The position numbers were made by a program, and so were the translations under genes. The notes beneath the pieces are model-generated. The model did not search any database and was not told the origin of the DNA. It saw only the letters and a list, made by a program, of their open reading frames with translations. Below, one piece after another: positions 41,495 to 51,871 of a stretch of DNA of 64,000 nt; position 1 is the first letter of the stretch; each line of letters opens with the position of its first letter. This DNA is from Alphaproteobacteria bacterium. GTDB lineage: Bacteria; Pseudomonadota; Alphaproteobacteria; GCA-2731375. Where the stretch lies: the NCBI GenBank assembly GCA_965225945.1, contig CBDDBZ010000019.1, forward strand, positions 13,594-77,593, in the 5' to 3' direction.

Positions 41495-43150
41495 TCAGCT
41501 CGTGTGCCAGCCGAACTGCTGTGGCTTGCGGCCGGCCGCGTGGTGCAGGCGGACATTGACCAGCGCCGGGCCGTCGAAGGCCATCGCCTCGTCCAGCATG
41601 CCGCGCAGGTCCTTCGGATCCTCGATATAGGCACCGAAGCCGCCGAAGGCCTCCATCATCTTGTCGTAGCGGGCGCCGATGCCGACGACGTGGGGCGGGA
41701 TCTGGCCCTCGCTGGGATAAGCCTCGATGCCCCGCCCGATCCCGCCGTTATTCAGCACGACGATCTTCACCGGCAGCTTGTAGCGGCAGACGGTCTCCAT
41801 CTCCATGCCGGAAAAGCCGATCGCGCTATCACCGGAGACGGAGATGATCGCCCGCTCGGGGTGCACGACCGCGGCCGCGATGGCGAAGCCCATGCCGACC
41901 CCCATGGTGCCATAGCTGCCGGCATCGAGCCTGAGGCGCGGTTGCTTGTTCGGCAACTGGGTCCGGCCGATATCCATGGTGTTGGCGCCCTCGCCGACGA
42001 TCACCGAGTCCTCGCCGGCCCATTCGCGAATATCGCGCAAGGCGCGGTAGTAGTTGGTGGGCGCGGAATCGTCCTCCGTCATCGCCCGGATCGCCTCGGC
42101 GTTGGCGGCCGCCTTCTCGGCCATCGCGGCGTGCCAGGGGGTGTCGTCGGGATAGAACCACTGCCGGCCCTCCAGCGAGCGGTTGAGCTGTCCGACGATC
42201 GCCTTGCCGTCGCCGACCAGGGCCACCGCGGCCGGCACGTTGTTGCCGATCGCCTCGGGCGAGATGTCGAGCTGGATGACGCGAACGTCCTTGTCGAAGC
42301 GCGGCGGGCGACCGAAGTGCATGATCCAGTTGAGCCGCGCGCCCATCAGAAAGACGACGTCCGCTTCCCTGAGCGCATGGCTCCGGGCCGCGCCCACCGA
42401 GAGCGGATGGTCGTCGTCCAGGACGCCCTTGCCGAGTGGCGAGGCGAGGAAGGGGAGGCGGGTCCGCTCGATGAAGGCGCGCACCTCATCCTCCGCGCGG
42501 GACCAGGCCATGCCCTTGCCGACGATGACCAACGGCCGTTTCGCCGACTCCAAGGCGTCGAGCGCCGCCTCGACGTCTTCCTGCATGGCCTGCGTGCGGG
42601 GCGGTTCGCCGACCGTCGCCACCGGGGGCGCATCGTCTTCCTCGACCTCGGCCCCGATGATGTCGTCCGGCATGTCGAGATAACAAGCGCCGGGCCGCCC
42701 GAAGATCGACTGGCGGACCGCCATTTCGACGTAGAAGGGGATGCGATGGGTGTGCTCGACCGCGTGGGCGAACTTGCAGAAGGGCGAGGCGATCTGCACC
42801 TGCCGCTCCTCCTGGAAGGCGCTCATGGCGTTCTGATAGGTCGCCGAGGCGCCACCGATCATCAACATCGGCCAGAAATTCTGCTGCGCGTTGGCGAGGC
42901 CGGCGAGGCCATGCACGACGCCCGGGCCGGAGACGGTGAGGCAGACGCCCGGCCGGCCGGTCATGTAACCCGCGGCTTGGGCGGCATAGGAGGCCGCCTG
43001 TTCGTTCCGCATGCCGATATAGGTGATGCCGAACTCTTGCGCCGCGACCGCGATGGGCGTCACGGGAAAGCCGACGACCCCGAACATGTAGTCGACGCCC
43101 TGTTGTTTGAGGCTCCGTGCCATCAACGTGGCGCCAGTGACCTTAGCCAT
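41495..43150 (-). CDS. 2-hydroxyacyl-CoA lyase / oxalyl-CoA decarboxylase family ThDP enzyme
   Basis: GVVGFPV, RNEQAASYAA, AFQEERQ, GEGANTMDIGR, GDSAIGFSGME, C-terminal RKPQQFGWH. Confidence 0.88.
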   Translation of the reverse strand: MAKVTGATLMARSLKQQGVDYMFGVVGFPVTPIAVAAQEFGITYIGMRNEQAASYAAQAAGYMTGRPGVCLTVSGPGVVHGLAGLANAQQNFWPMLMIGGASATYQNAMSAFQEERQVQIASPFCKFAHAVEHTHRIPFYVEMAVRQSIFGRPGACYLDMPDDIIGAEVEEDDAPPVATVGEPPRTQAMQEDVEAALDALESAKRPLVIVGKGMAWSRAEDEVRAFIERTRLPFLASPLGKGVLDDDHPLSVGAARSHALREADVVFLMGARLNWIMHFGRPPRFDKDVRVIQLDISPEAIGNNVPAAVALVGDGKAIVGQLNRSLEGRQWFYPDDTPWHAAMAEKAAANAEAIRAMTEDDSAPTNYYRALRDIREWAGEDSVIVGEGANTMDIGRTQLPNKQPRLRLDAGSYGTMGVGMGFAIAAAVVHPERAIISVSGDSAIGFSGMEMETVCRYKLPVKIVVLNNGGIGRGIEAYPSEGQIPPHVVGIGARYDKMMEAFGGFGAYIEDPKDLRGMLDEAMAFDGPALVNVRLHHAAGRKPQQFGWHTS

Positions 43151-45325
43151 GTTCTTCCTCCCATCTTGGCTCCGGCGCCGGACGGCGCCTCATGCTTAGC
43201 GTTGGCCGTTTGTTTAGCGGTCGGGTCCATGCTCTGTCAAAAGCCGGCCGCACGGCGATTCCGGCGCGCCTCCGCGCGCGGTTTCGCTCAGTCGTTTGCT
43301 AGCTCCCCCAACGCGGATTGCAATCGCGTCCAGGCCCCCTCGATCGAGGCTTCGTCGGCCGAGAGATCGGTTTCGCCGGCCTTGAGCGCCGTCTCGATCC
43401 GGCCGAAGAGGGCGCCGAACTCACCCGCGCCTGCATTTCTCGACGATCCAGCGAGGCTATGGGCGGCATCGGCGGCGAGCTCGATGTCGCCGTCGGCCCG
43501 CGCCGTCCGATATCGCGCCAACGCCTCCGCCGCCGTGCTTCCATAGAGCGCCAGCATTTCCTTGGCCTCGTCGTCCAAGGCGCCGAACAGTTCCGCGATG
43601 CGGGAGGTGTCGAGCACGACGTCGTCATCGCCCTCGCCGCCGGCCACGATCGAGATCGTGTCGTATCCGGACTTCATCGTTGCCGGTATCCAGCGTTCGA
43701 GCGCGCTCGACAGCACGGCGATATCGATGGGCTTGCCCAGGTAGTCGTCCATACCCGCGTCCAGATAGTGCTGCCGGTCGTCTAGTTGGACGTGCCCGGT
43801 CATCGCGATTACCGGCGTCCGGCGTTCCGACCCCGCTTCCCACGACCTGAGGCGTTCCAGGAAGGTCAAGCCATCCATTTTGGGCATGGTGATATCGACC
43901 AGAACGACATCGATGCCTCCGGCCCGCGCCATCTCCAACGCAACTTCCCCGTTCTCGGCGAGGCGGCAGGCGATGCCGAGCTTTTCGAGCTGCTTTCGCG
44001 CGAGGATTCGATTGGCTTCGTCGTCGTCGACGACGAGCGCGGTCGCGCCGTCGTAATCCAGCGGTGCTCTCGGACGGTCGTCGGTCAGTCGCGCGAGCGT
44101 GTCCAGCAACCCGTCGGCCCTGACCGGCTTGGTCAACACGACATCCATGCCCGCCTGGAGGCAAGTCTCGAGCTCGGCCTCGATCACGCTCGCCGTTATC
44201 CCGACGATCGGAAGATCGGACCACGGCGGGCCCATCCGACGGATCCGTCCCGTCGCTTCCAGACCGTCCATGATCGGCATGTGCCGATCCATCAGGATGA
44301 TGTCGAAGCGTCCCGCCCGGGTCGCCTCGAGCGCCTCGACTCCGTTCTCGGCTTCGACCACCTGGTGGCCGGCGCGAAGCAACATTTGGTTGACGACCCG
44401 TCGATTGGTCGCGTTGTCCTCCACGTGCAGGATCGACAGCGGCCGCTTCGGCTCGGACGACGGCGCGAAGCGGGGAAAGCCGGATCGCGAGCTCTCGGAG
44501 GCTTCGGCGAGATCGTCGGCGGAGCTAATGGGGAAGCGGGCGGTGAAACGGAACGTGCTGCCCGTGCCCAGCTTGCTCTCCAGCGCGATCTCGCCGCCCA
44601 TCATGGCGACCAGGTGGCGGCAGATCGACAGGCCCAGGCCGGTCCCGCCAAATTGGCGCGCGACGTCGAGGGATTCCTGACTGTAGGCAGAGAACAGCTT
44701 GGCCTGTGCGTCCTCGGCAATCCCCTTGCCGGTATCGACGACGGCGAATTCCAGCAGCGCGGTCTTATCGTCCGAGTCGGCGAGTCCGACCTCGACGCGG
44801 ACCGAGCCCTGGTCGGTGAACTTGATCGCATTGCTGAGCAGATTGAGGACCACTTGGCGGAGACGATACGGATCGCCCGAGAGCACGTCCGGCACCTCCG
44901 GCGCGATTTCGCCGGTCAACACCAGCCCACCTTCCAGGGCGCGCGGTTCCAAGAGGCGCACCGCGTCGGCGACGACACTTGCGACCTCGAAGGGGATCCG
45001 TTCCAACTCCAGACCCTCCGCGTCCAGGCGCGCCATGTCGAGGAGATCGTCGACGACCCGCAGCAACGCACGGCCGGAAGTGACGATCACCTCGACACAT
45101 TCGCTGCTCTCCTTGTCGAGCTTCATGTCTTGCAGGAGCTGAGCCATGCCCAGTACGCCGTTCATCGGCGTGCGGACCTCGTGACTCATCATGGCCAGGA
45201 ACTCGGACTTGGCTCGATTGGCCTCGTCGGCGCGCAGGCGCGCCGTTTCCTCGCCGGCATAGGACGTGCCCTGCGCGCTGGTGAAGACGAAGAAGATCAT
45301 GACCACCGGCGCGATCGGATCGAAC

Positions 45326-46080
45326 CTTGCCTATCCGGTTATCACCCACACCCACTATATGTAGTGTGTCTCCTTGGACTGCAGGCAAGGGCCGGCGCAG
45401 GCGCATTGAGGAGGCGATCCGGCTAATTCTTGATTGTTCTGAAAACCGAACCGGAGTTTAATTCACGTCACGTACTTAACATCGGGGGACGGAACGGTGG
45501 CGACCAAGGGAAAAACGAAGAAACCCACGGCCAGACGGGAAGCTGCTGATGAAACGACATCGTCTGAGCGATTGACGGCACTAGTCGAAGAAAGCGACGC
45601 GCTGGCACGAATCGTTGCGAAGAACCCGTCCGCGCCTGTTAGTCTCCTGCGCGTTTTGAGTCGCAGCGAAGACGAAGCGACACGCAAGAACGTGATCCTC
45701 AATCCGTTTACTTCATATGACGTATTGAGCGAACTTGAAAACCAGTTCACAGAGCTATTTGTGAATAATCCGGCACTCGAATCCTACAATTCAATGAAGC
45801 TCTGATTTCCTGGAATATTCCATCGGTGTCGTTCACCTCCGATTTCAGATAAATTTCAATGAAGTGACGGTCCTTTATGCAACGTGGCGTTTTGCCAAAT
45901 CCGACTCAATGATTAGGATTTCCACCACGCTAAAGTGTCGCCTAAAAGGCGCTACAATGCCGTCCGAGTCCCTGCTCGGCATCGCCGGAGATATCTCCGC
46001 TTCGACCTGCACCGAGCTTTACTCAGGAAAATGGGTGCACACTACATATAGTGGGTGTGGGTGATAACCGGATAGGCAAG
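45326..46080 (+). mobile_element. Non-autonomous IS1595-derived cassette, copy 2 (755 bp)
   Basis: 43-bp perfect TIR (45326-45368 / 46038-46080). Confidence 0.93.
45497..45805 (+). CDS. LRV/HEAT-like passenger protein (copy 2)
   Basis: Identical 102-aa ORF. Confidence 0.7.
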   Translation: MATKGKTKKPTARREAADETTSSERLTALVEESDALARIVAKNPSAPVSLLRVLSRSEDEATRKNVILNPFTSYDVLSELENQFTELFVNNPALESYNSMKL

Positions 46081-46107
46081 GAATGAAGATTTCATGTAAG
46101 ATCGAAT

Positions 46108-47228
46108 CTTGCCTATCCGGTTAACGCCCATGACCGCTACATGTAGGGTGCCGCCACTCTCCCGAGTAAAGCTCGGCATAGGTTGGAGCAGAGGTGTCGC
46201 CCGCGATGCCGAGCAATGAGCGGAAGGCGTTGAACGGGTAGAACCGCCTGTTGAAGCGGAAGGTGAACTCGTTGAGGTAGGCTTGTAGGTGCTGGTGGCT
46301 AACGCCGTGGTGGATACCGATCAGCCACGTCTTCAGGTTGGCGAAAACCAGATGGATGATCGGCAGGTATTGCTCGGCAACCTCTGGATCACCACACTCG
46401 GCAACAGCGAAGTGCTCATAGCCGCGCTTACCGAGGCCAGCATAGCCGCTCCAATCGTCAGTAACGATCAGCGATCCCGGCGCGACGGTGCTCTCGACGA
46501 ACCCACAGAGCGACTCGGCGCTACGGTCGAGCACGACGGCGAGCCGAACGCGTCCGGCATAGCGTCCGTCTTTCCGGTTGTCGAGCTTGGTGCCCGGCTT
46601 TCGATGACGCACCTCGATGGCACAGGAGACGAGAACCTTGTGGTGAACACCACGGCCTTCCCCACGCGTTCGCCCGCCAACCCAGGTTTCGTCCACCTCA
46701 ACATGGTTCTTGGGCTGTCCACCGATCCTGTCTTGGTTGGGCCGCACCATGCCCGAGCGGAGCTTGTGGAGAATTTGAAAGGCCGTCTCGTAGCGCGAAA
46801 GACCAAGTTGCCGCTGAAACTGCACGGCGGACATGCCGGGCGTCTGACTGGCGACCAGATAAGCGGCCCAGAACCAGACGTTCAGCGGAGTGTGGCTACG
46901 CTCCATCACTGTTCCCACCGTCAGCCCGGTGTTCTGGCGGCACTTGCGGCAGCGCAGGACGCCAGGGCGGTTTTCAAAGTGGAACGGCTCTCCCGCCGTG
47001 CCGCAGTGCGGGCAGGCAAAGCCGTCTCCCCAGCGGGCTTTCTCCAGGTAGGCGGCGCAGGCCGCATCATCGGGGAAAAGTCGCTGGAACTCGGGTACCC
47101 GTTCAACGCCTTCCGCTCATTGCTCGGCATCGCGGGCGACACCTCTGCTCCAACCTATGCCGAGCTTTACTCGGGAGAGTGGCGGCACCCTACATGTAGC
47201 GGTCATGGGCGTTAACCGGATAGGCAAG
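46108..47228 (-). mobile_element. IS1595-family element with a duplicated right end (133-bp perfect TIR)
   Basis: 46108-46240 is the reverse complement of 47096-47228; TSD GATCGAAT at 46100-46107 and 47229-47236. Confidence 0.93.
46121..47095 (-). pseudogene. IS1595 (ISXO2-like) transposase lacking its start
   Basis: Zn ribbon CPHC…CRKC, VEVDETWVGG, TDDWSGY, YLNEFTFRFNRR; in-frame TGA just upstream within the duplicated arm. Confidence 0.88.
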
Positions 47229-47545
47229 GATCGAATCTTAGGCCATCTATTCGCTGAATGCTGTGATGGCCATCACATGCCGGCCATGGAATCGTGAAAT
47301 TCGCCGTCGCGCGCCAGGCGGTCCGGCCGGTTGGGCCTGGGGCTGGGCGGCGACTTCGACCTAATTTCCGGGCGCGGGGACCGACTCGGCGGCGCGTCGA
47401 GGCCAGCGCGACGCGAACCGGGAAACCACCAATGGACATATCCCTCGCCCTCGTCCCGAAGCTACCATGCCCCGCCGGGTTGGCCGGGGAAGCGGGTGGC
47501 CGGTCGATTCCGCGCCGGCGGATCACGCTCACAAGGAGGGATATC

Positions 47546-47852
47546 GTGCCCGAGGGACGCATCGTCTTCACCCGGATGGAGCGCTCTTCACCCGGATGGA
47601 GCGCGTGATCTTCGGCCGGGCGGCGCCACGCTCGCCCGCGAAACCGACGAGGTCGACCGGATCCGCGCCGCGCTGGGCGACCGCTTCGCCGGCCTGGGCT
47701 TGCTGCGGAGCCTGGCCGAGGTCGGTGTCGGGCGGCACGACTTCGAGCTCATCGCGCGCAACACGATGAACGATTCCTGGACCTATTCGAACCCGAGGAA
47801 GATCGCCGGTCCCGAGGACGTGATGGGGATCCTCCACGCCGCCGCCGGGTAG
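47546..47852 (+). pseudogene. Iron-containing alcohol dehydrogenase remnant with internal deletion
   Basis: RBS plus GTG, N-terminal FTRMERVIFG (with a 20-bp tandem duplication) fused to C-terminal GLLRSLAEVGV…SNPRKI. Confidence 0.6.
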
Positions 47853-47860
47853 CCGCCCCG

Positions 47861-48690
47861 CTAGTCGTCCGCTTGCGCTAGCAGGGTGGCGTTGCCGCCG
47901 GCCGCCGTGGTGTCGATGCAGAGCACCTGCTCGTGGACGAAGGGGCGGAGATCGCCGCCCGTCTCCAGCGCGACGATTCCGCCCTCGCGCGCCGCCAGCG
48001 CGCGGCGCAGCGCCGTCAAGGGCCCCGCCTCGCCGCGCGCGACGAGACCGGCCAGGTGCGGCAGCGCGACCAGGTCGGCGGGGTCGAGCGGACCGGCGCG
48101 CGCGACCACGGGCAAGCCGGCCTCCCCGAGACGGCTGGCGAGCGGCCCCGGGGGATCGATCATCAGCACCGCGTTGGCCAGCGCCAGCGCCCCCACCATC
48201 GCGGCATCGTCGCCCAGGACCAGAAACACGCCACGCGGCCGTAGCGAAATCCGGTTGCTCTCTCCGGTCGGACCGGGGAGCTCGGCGGGCGCATCGAGCA
48301 GGGCCTGGGCGGCCTCCAGCGCGGCCGAGGGTTCCGCCATGGGGCTGCCCAGCAACGCCCGGAGCAGAGCCGGTCGATCCCCCCGCCGGGCCCAGTCCGG
48401 TTGCAGCAGGGCGAGACGCGCCATCTCGTGCCCGAGCGTCGCCGCCTCCGACAGCGTTCCGAGCACCAGGGCGATCCCGGGCCGGCAATCCGGGCGGCGG
48501 CGAAAGCGCGGCAGATAGTTGGGCCCGCCCGCCTTCGGCCCGGTGCCGGAGTTGCCCCGCCCGCCGAACGGTTGCGAGCCGACGACGGCGCCGATTTGGT
48601 TGCGATTGACGTAGAGGTTGCCGGCCTGGATCCGCTCGACCACCCGCTGCACCCGGCGGTCGACCCGGGTGTGGAGGCCGAAGGTCAGGC
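47861..48690 (-). pseudogene. putA: C-terminal fragment of PutA (P5C dehydrogenase part)
   Basis: GLTFGLHTR, AGNLYVNRNQIGAVVGSQPFGG, GTGPKAGGPNYL, LPGPTGESN, IDTTAAGGNA; cut by cassette copy 3. Confidence 0.92.
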
Positions 48691-49445
48691 CTTGCCTATC
48701 CGGTTATCACCCACACCCACTATATGTAGTGTGCACCCATTTTCCTGAGTAAAGCTCGGTGCAGGTCGAAGCGGAGATATCTCCGGCGATGCCGAGCAGG
48801 GACTCGGACGGCATTGTAGCGCCTTTTAGGCGACACTTTAGCGTGGTGGAAATCCTAATCATTGAGTCGGATTTGGCAAAACGCCACGTTGCATAAAGGA
48901 CCGTCACTTCATTGAAATTTATCTGAAATCGGAGGTGAACGACACCGATGGAATATTCCAGGAAATCAGAGCTTCATTGAATTGTAGGATTCGAGTGCCG
49001 GATTATTCACAAATAGCTCTGTGAACTGGTTTTCAAGTTCGCTCAATACGTCATATGAAGTAAACGGATTGAGGATCACGTTCTTGCGTGTCGCTTCGTC
49101 TTCGCTGCGACTCAAAACGCGCAGGAGACTAACAGGCGCGGACGGGTTCTTCGCAACGATTCGTGCCAGCGCGTCGCTTTCTTCGACTAGTGCCGTCAAT
49201 CGCTCAGACGATGTCGTTTCATCAGCAGCTTCCCGTCTGGCCGTGGGTTTCTTCGTTTTTCCCTTGGTCGCCACCGTTCCGTCCCCCGATGTTAAGTACG
49301 TGACGTGAATTAAACTCCGGTTCGGTTTTCAGAACAATCAAGAATTAGCCGGATCGCCTCCTCAATGCGCCTGCGCCGGCCCTTGCCTGCAGTCCAAGGA
49401 GACACACTACATATAGTGGGTGTGGGTGATAACCGGATAGGCAAG
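48691..49445 (-). mobile_element. Non-autonomous IS1595-derived cassette, copy 3 (inverted)
   Basis: Reverse complement of copy 2. Confidence 0.93.
48966..49274 (-). CDS. LRV/HEAT-like passenger protein (copy 3)
   Basis: Identical 102-aa ORF. Confidence 0.7.
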   Translation of the reverse strand: MATKGKTKKPTARREAADETTSSERLTALVEESDALARIVAKNPSAPVSLLRVLSRSEDEATRKNVILNPFTSYDVLSELENQFTELFVNNPALESYNSMKL

Positions 49446-49573
49446 GTTCGAACATCCATTGGTAATGCACGAAGGCGAGCCACGAGCCGGCCACGACAAA
49501 GGCCGTGCCGATGGCGGCGATCGCCAGACCCGCGTAAGCGCCGAAGCGCCGTAACAACACGATCAGGAGCAGG

Positions 49574-51024
49574 GGGGATGTCCCGGGCTCTGTTGAAAAG
49601 CTGAAGTAGGCGTCGTCCGCCTGGAGCCGCTAGGCTCTGGGTGCTGATTCCATCAAGGAGAACGACGCCATGACCAAGACTACACGCAACGACCGTTCCT
49701 CGGAACCATCCTGTCGGCTCTTGCCATCGATGCCGGAGGCCTTCGACGATCTGCGCATGAGCGTCGATCGCTTCTGCCTTTTGGCGGGCCTCGAGTCTTT
49801 GAACGAGATGATGTCGGCGGACGCGGAAGCCTTGTGCGGTTCGCGCCACGCCCGCTCGGGCGAGCGCAAGGGCCATCGATGGGGCACGACCCGGAGCGAG
49901 ATCGCCTACCACGGCGGCAAAGTGAAGGTCGAGCGCCCTCGGGTGCGGGACTTCGCGGGTCGGGAGATGAGCCTGCCGAGTTGGGAGCTGCTGTCGGAAC
50001 CCGAACTCTTGCAAGCCTGGGCGATGAATCTGATGGTGATCAACGTCTCGACCCGCAAGTATGCCCGCGCGGTGCGCCTGCCGGACGATGCGGGCGGCGA
50101 TCTGCCGGCGGCATCGGGTGACGCAACCTCGAAGTCGGCGGTCTCGCGCCGTTTCGTGGCGTTGACGCGAAGCAAGCTGAAGGCCTGGCTGGCGAGCCCG
50201 CTCGACGATCTCGATCTCGTGGTGCTCCAGATCGACGGGCTCCATGTCGGCGATCACCTGATGGTGGCGGCGATCGGCATCGACACCGGCGGCGCGAAGC
50301 ACGTGCTGGGCCTGGCCGAGGGCGCGACGGAGAACGCGGCCACGGTGCAAGCCATGCTCGACAACCTGATCGAGCGCGGTCTCGATCCCGAACGGCCTCG
50401 GCTCTACATCGTCGACGGCGCCAAGGCGCTCTCGAAGGCGATCCGGCGGACCTTCGGGCGGGCGGCGGCCCTCCAGCGCTGCCAGGTGCACAAGGGGCGC
50501 AACATCACGGACCGGCTGGACGAGAGCCTCCATGCCGGCGTCAGGAAGGTCTTGCGGCAGGCCTGGCAGCAGGACGACGCGGCCAAGGCCGAACGGCTCT
50601 TGCGCAACCTCGCCCGCCGTCTGGAGCATGACGCACCCGGCGTCTCGGGCTCGATCCTGGAGGGCCTGGACGAGATCCTGACGGTGATCCGGCTCGGCCT
50701 CCCGCCGCAACTTCGACACTCGCTGGCTTGCACCAACGCCATCGAGAACGCGATCGGCACCGTCCGGACGGTGCAGCGGAACGTCAAGCGCTGGCGCAAC
50801 GCCGAGATGGCGCTGCGTTGGACCGCCGCCGGCCTCTTGGAGGCGCAAAAGACCTTCCGCCGCCTCAAGGCCTACCGCCAGCTCCCCGTCCTTGACGCCG
50901 CCCTGCGGGAGGCGGTGAGAAAGGCCGGAGCAAAGTCCGTCATTGAAGACATCGAGGTGGCCGCGTAGCCTCTCGATCAGACGATGCCTATCTCGCACTT
51001 TTCAACATTGGGCGGGACATCGCC
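49574..51024 (+). mobile_element. IS256-family element type B (full length)
   Basis: TIR GGGGATGTCCCG / GGCGATGTCCCG; 8-bp TSD GGAGCAGG at 49566-49573 and 51025-51032. Confidence 0.95.
49670..50968 (+). CDS. IS256 transposase
   Basis: LQIDGL, IVDGAKAL, LQRCQVHK, CTNAIEN. Confidence 0.93.
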   Translation: MTKTTRNDRSSEPSCRLLPSMPEAFDDLRMSVDRFCLLAGLESLNEMMSADAEALCGSRHARSGERKGHRWGTTRSEIAYHGGKVKVERPRVRDFAGREMSLPSWELLSEPELLQAWAMNLMVINVSTRKYARAVRLPDDAGGDLPAASGDATSKSAVSRRFVALTRSKLKAWLASPLDDLDLVVLQIDGLHVGDHLMVAAIGIDTGGAKHVLGLAEGATENAATVQAMLDNLIERGLDPERPRLYIVDGAKALSKAIRRTFGRAAALQRCQVHKGRNITDRLDESLHAGVRKVLRQAWQQDDAAKAERLLRNLARRLEHDAPGVSGSILEGLDEILTVIRLGLPPQLRHSLACTNAIENAIGTVRTVQRNVKRWRNAEMALRWTAAGLLEAQKTFRRLKAYRQLPVLDAALREAVRKAGAKSVIEDIEVAA

Positions 51025-51116
51025 GGAGCAGGCCCAGCACCAACATATAGACCAGCTCCACCACGTTGGCGAAGCCGGGGCGGAGCAGATAATCGCCCGC
51101 GATGATTTGTTCGACG

Positions 51117-51871
51117 CTTGCCTATCCGGTTATCACCCACACCCACTATATGTAGTGTGTCTCCTTGGACTGCAGGCAAGGGCCGGCGCAGGCGCATTGA
51201 GGAGGCGATCCGGCTAATTCTTGATTGTTCTGAAAACCGAACCGGAGTTTAATTCACGTCACGTACTTAACATCGGGGGACGGAACGGTGGCGACCAAGG
51301 GAAAAACGAAGAAACCCACGGCCAGACGGGAAGCTGCTGATGAAACGACATCGTCTGAGCGATTGACGGCACTAGTCGAAGAAAGCGACGCGCTGGCACG
51401 AATCGTTGCGAAGAACCCGTCCGCGCCTGTTAGTCTCCTGCGCGTTTTGAGTCGCAGCGAAGACGAAGCGACACGCAAGAACGTGATCCTCAATCCGTTT
51501 ACTTCATATGACGTATTGAGCGAACTTGAAAACCAGTTCACAGAGCTATTTGTGAATAATCCGGCACTCGAATCCTACAATTCAATGAAGCTCTGATTTC
51601 CTGGAATATTCCATCGGTGTCGTTCACCTCCGATTTCAGATAAATTTCAATGAAGTGACGGTCCTTTATGCAACGTGGCGTTTTGCCAAATCCGACTCAA
51701 TGATTAGGATTTCCACCACGCTAAAGTGTCGCCTAAAAGGCGCTACAATGCCGTCCGAGTCCCTGCTCGGCATCGCCGGAGATATCTCCGCTTCGACCTG
51801 CACCGAGCTTTACTCAGGAAAATGGGTGCACACTACATATAGTGGGTGTGGGTGATAACCGGATAGGCAAG
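51117..51871 (+). mobile_element. Non-autonomous IS1595-derived cassette, copy 4 (755 bp)
   Basis: 8-bp TSD GTTCGACG at 51109-51116 and 51872-51879. Confidence 0.95.
51288..51596 (+). CDS. LRV/HEAT-like passenger protein (copy 4)
   Basis: Identical 102-aa ORF. Confidence 0.7.
   Translation: MATKGKTKKPTARREAADETTSSERLTALVEESDALARIVAKNPSAPVSLLRVLSRSEDEATRKNVILNPFTSYDVLSELENQFTELFVNNPALESYNSMKL

Noticed and set aside
45864-46064. 66-aa ORF in each mini-cassette as a real gene
   Set aside because: Only its last ~31 codons are meaningful (the transposase C-terminal remnant); the rest looks like chance read-in.
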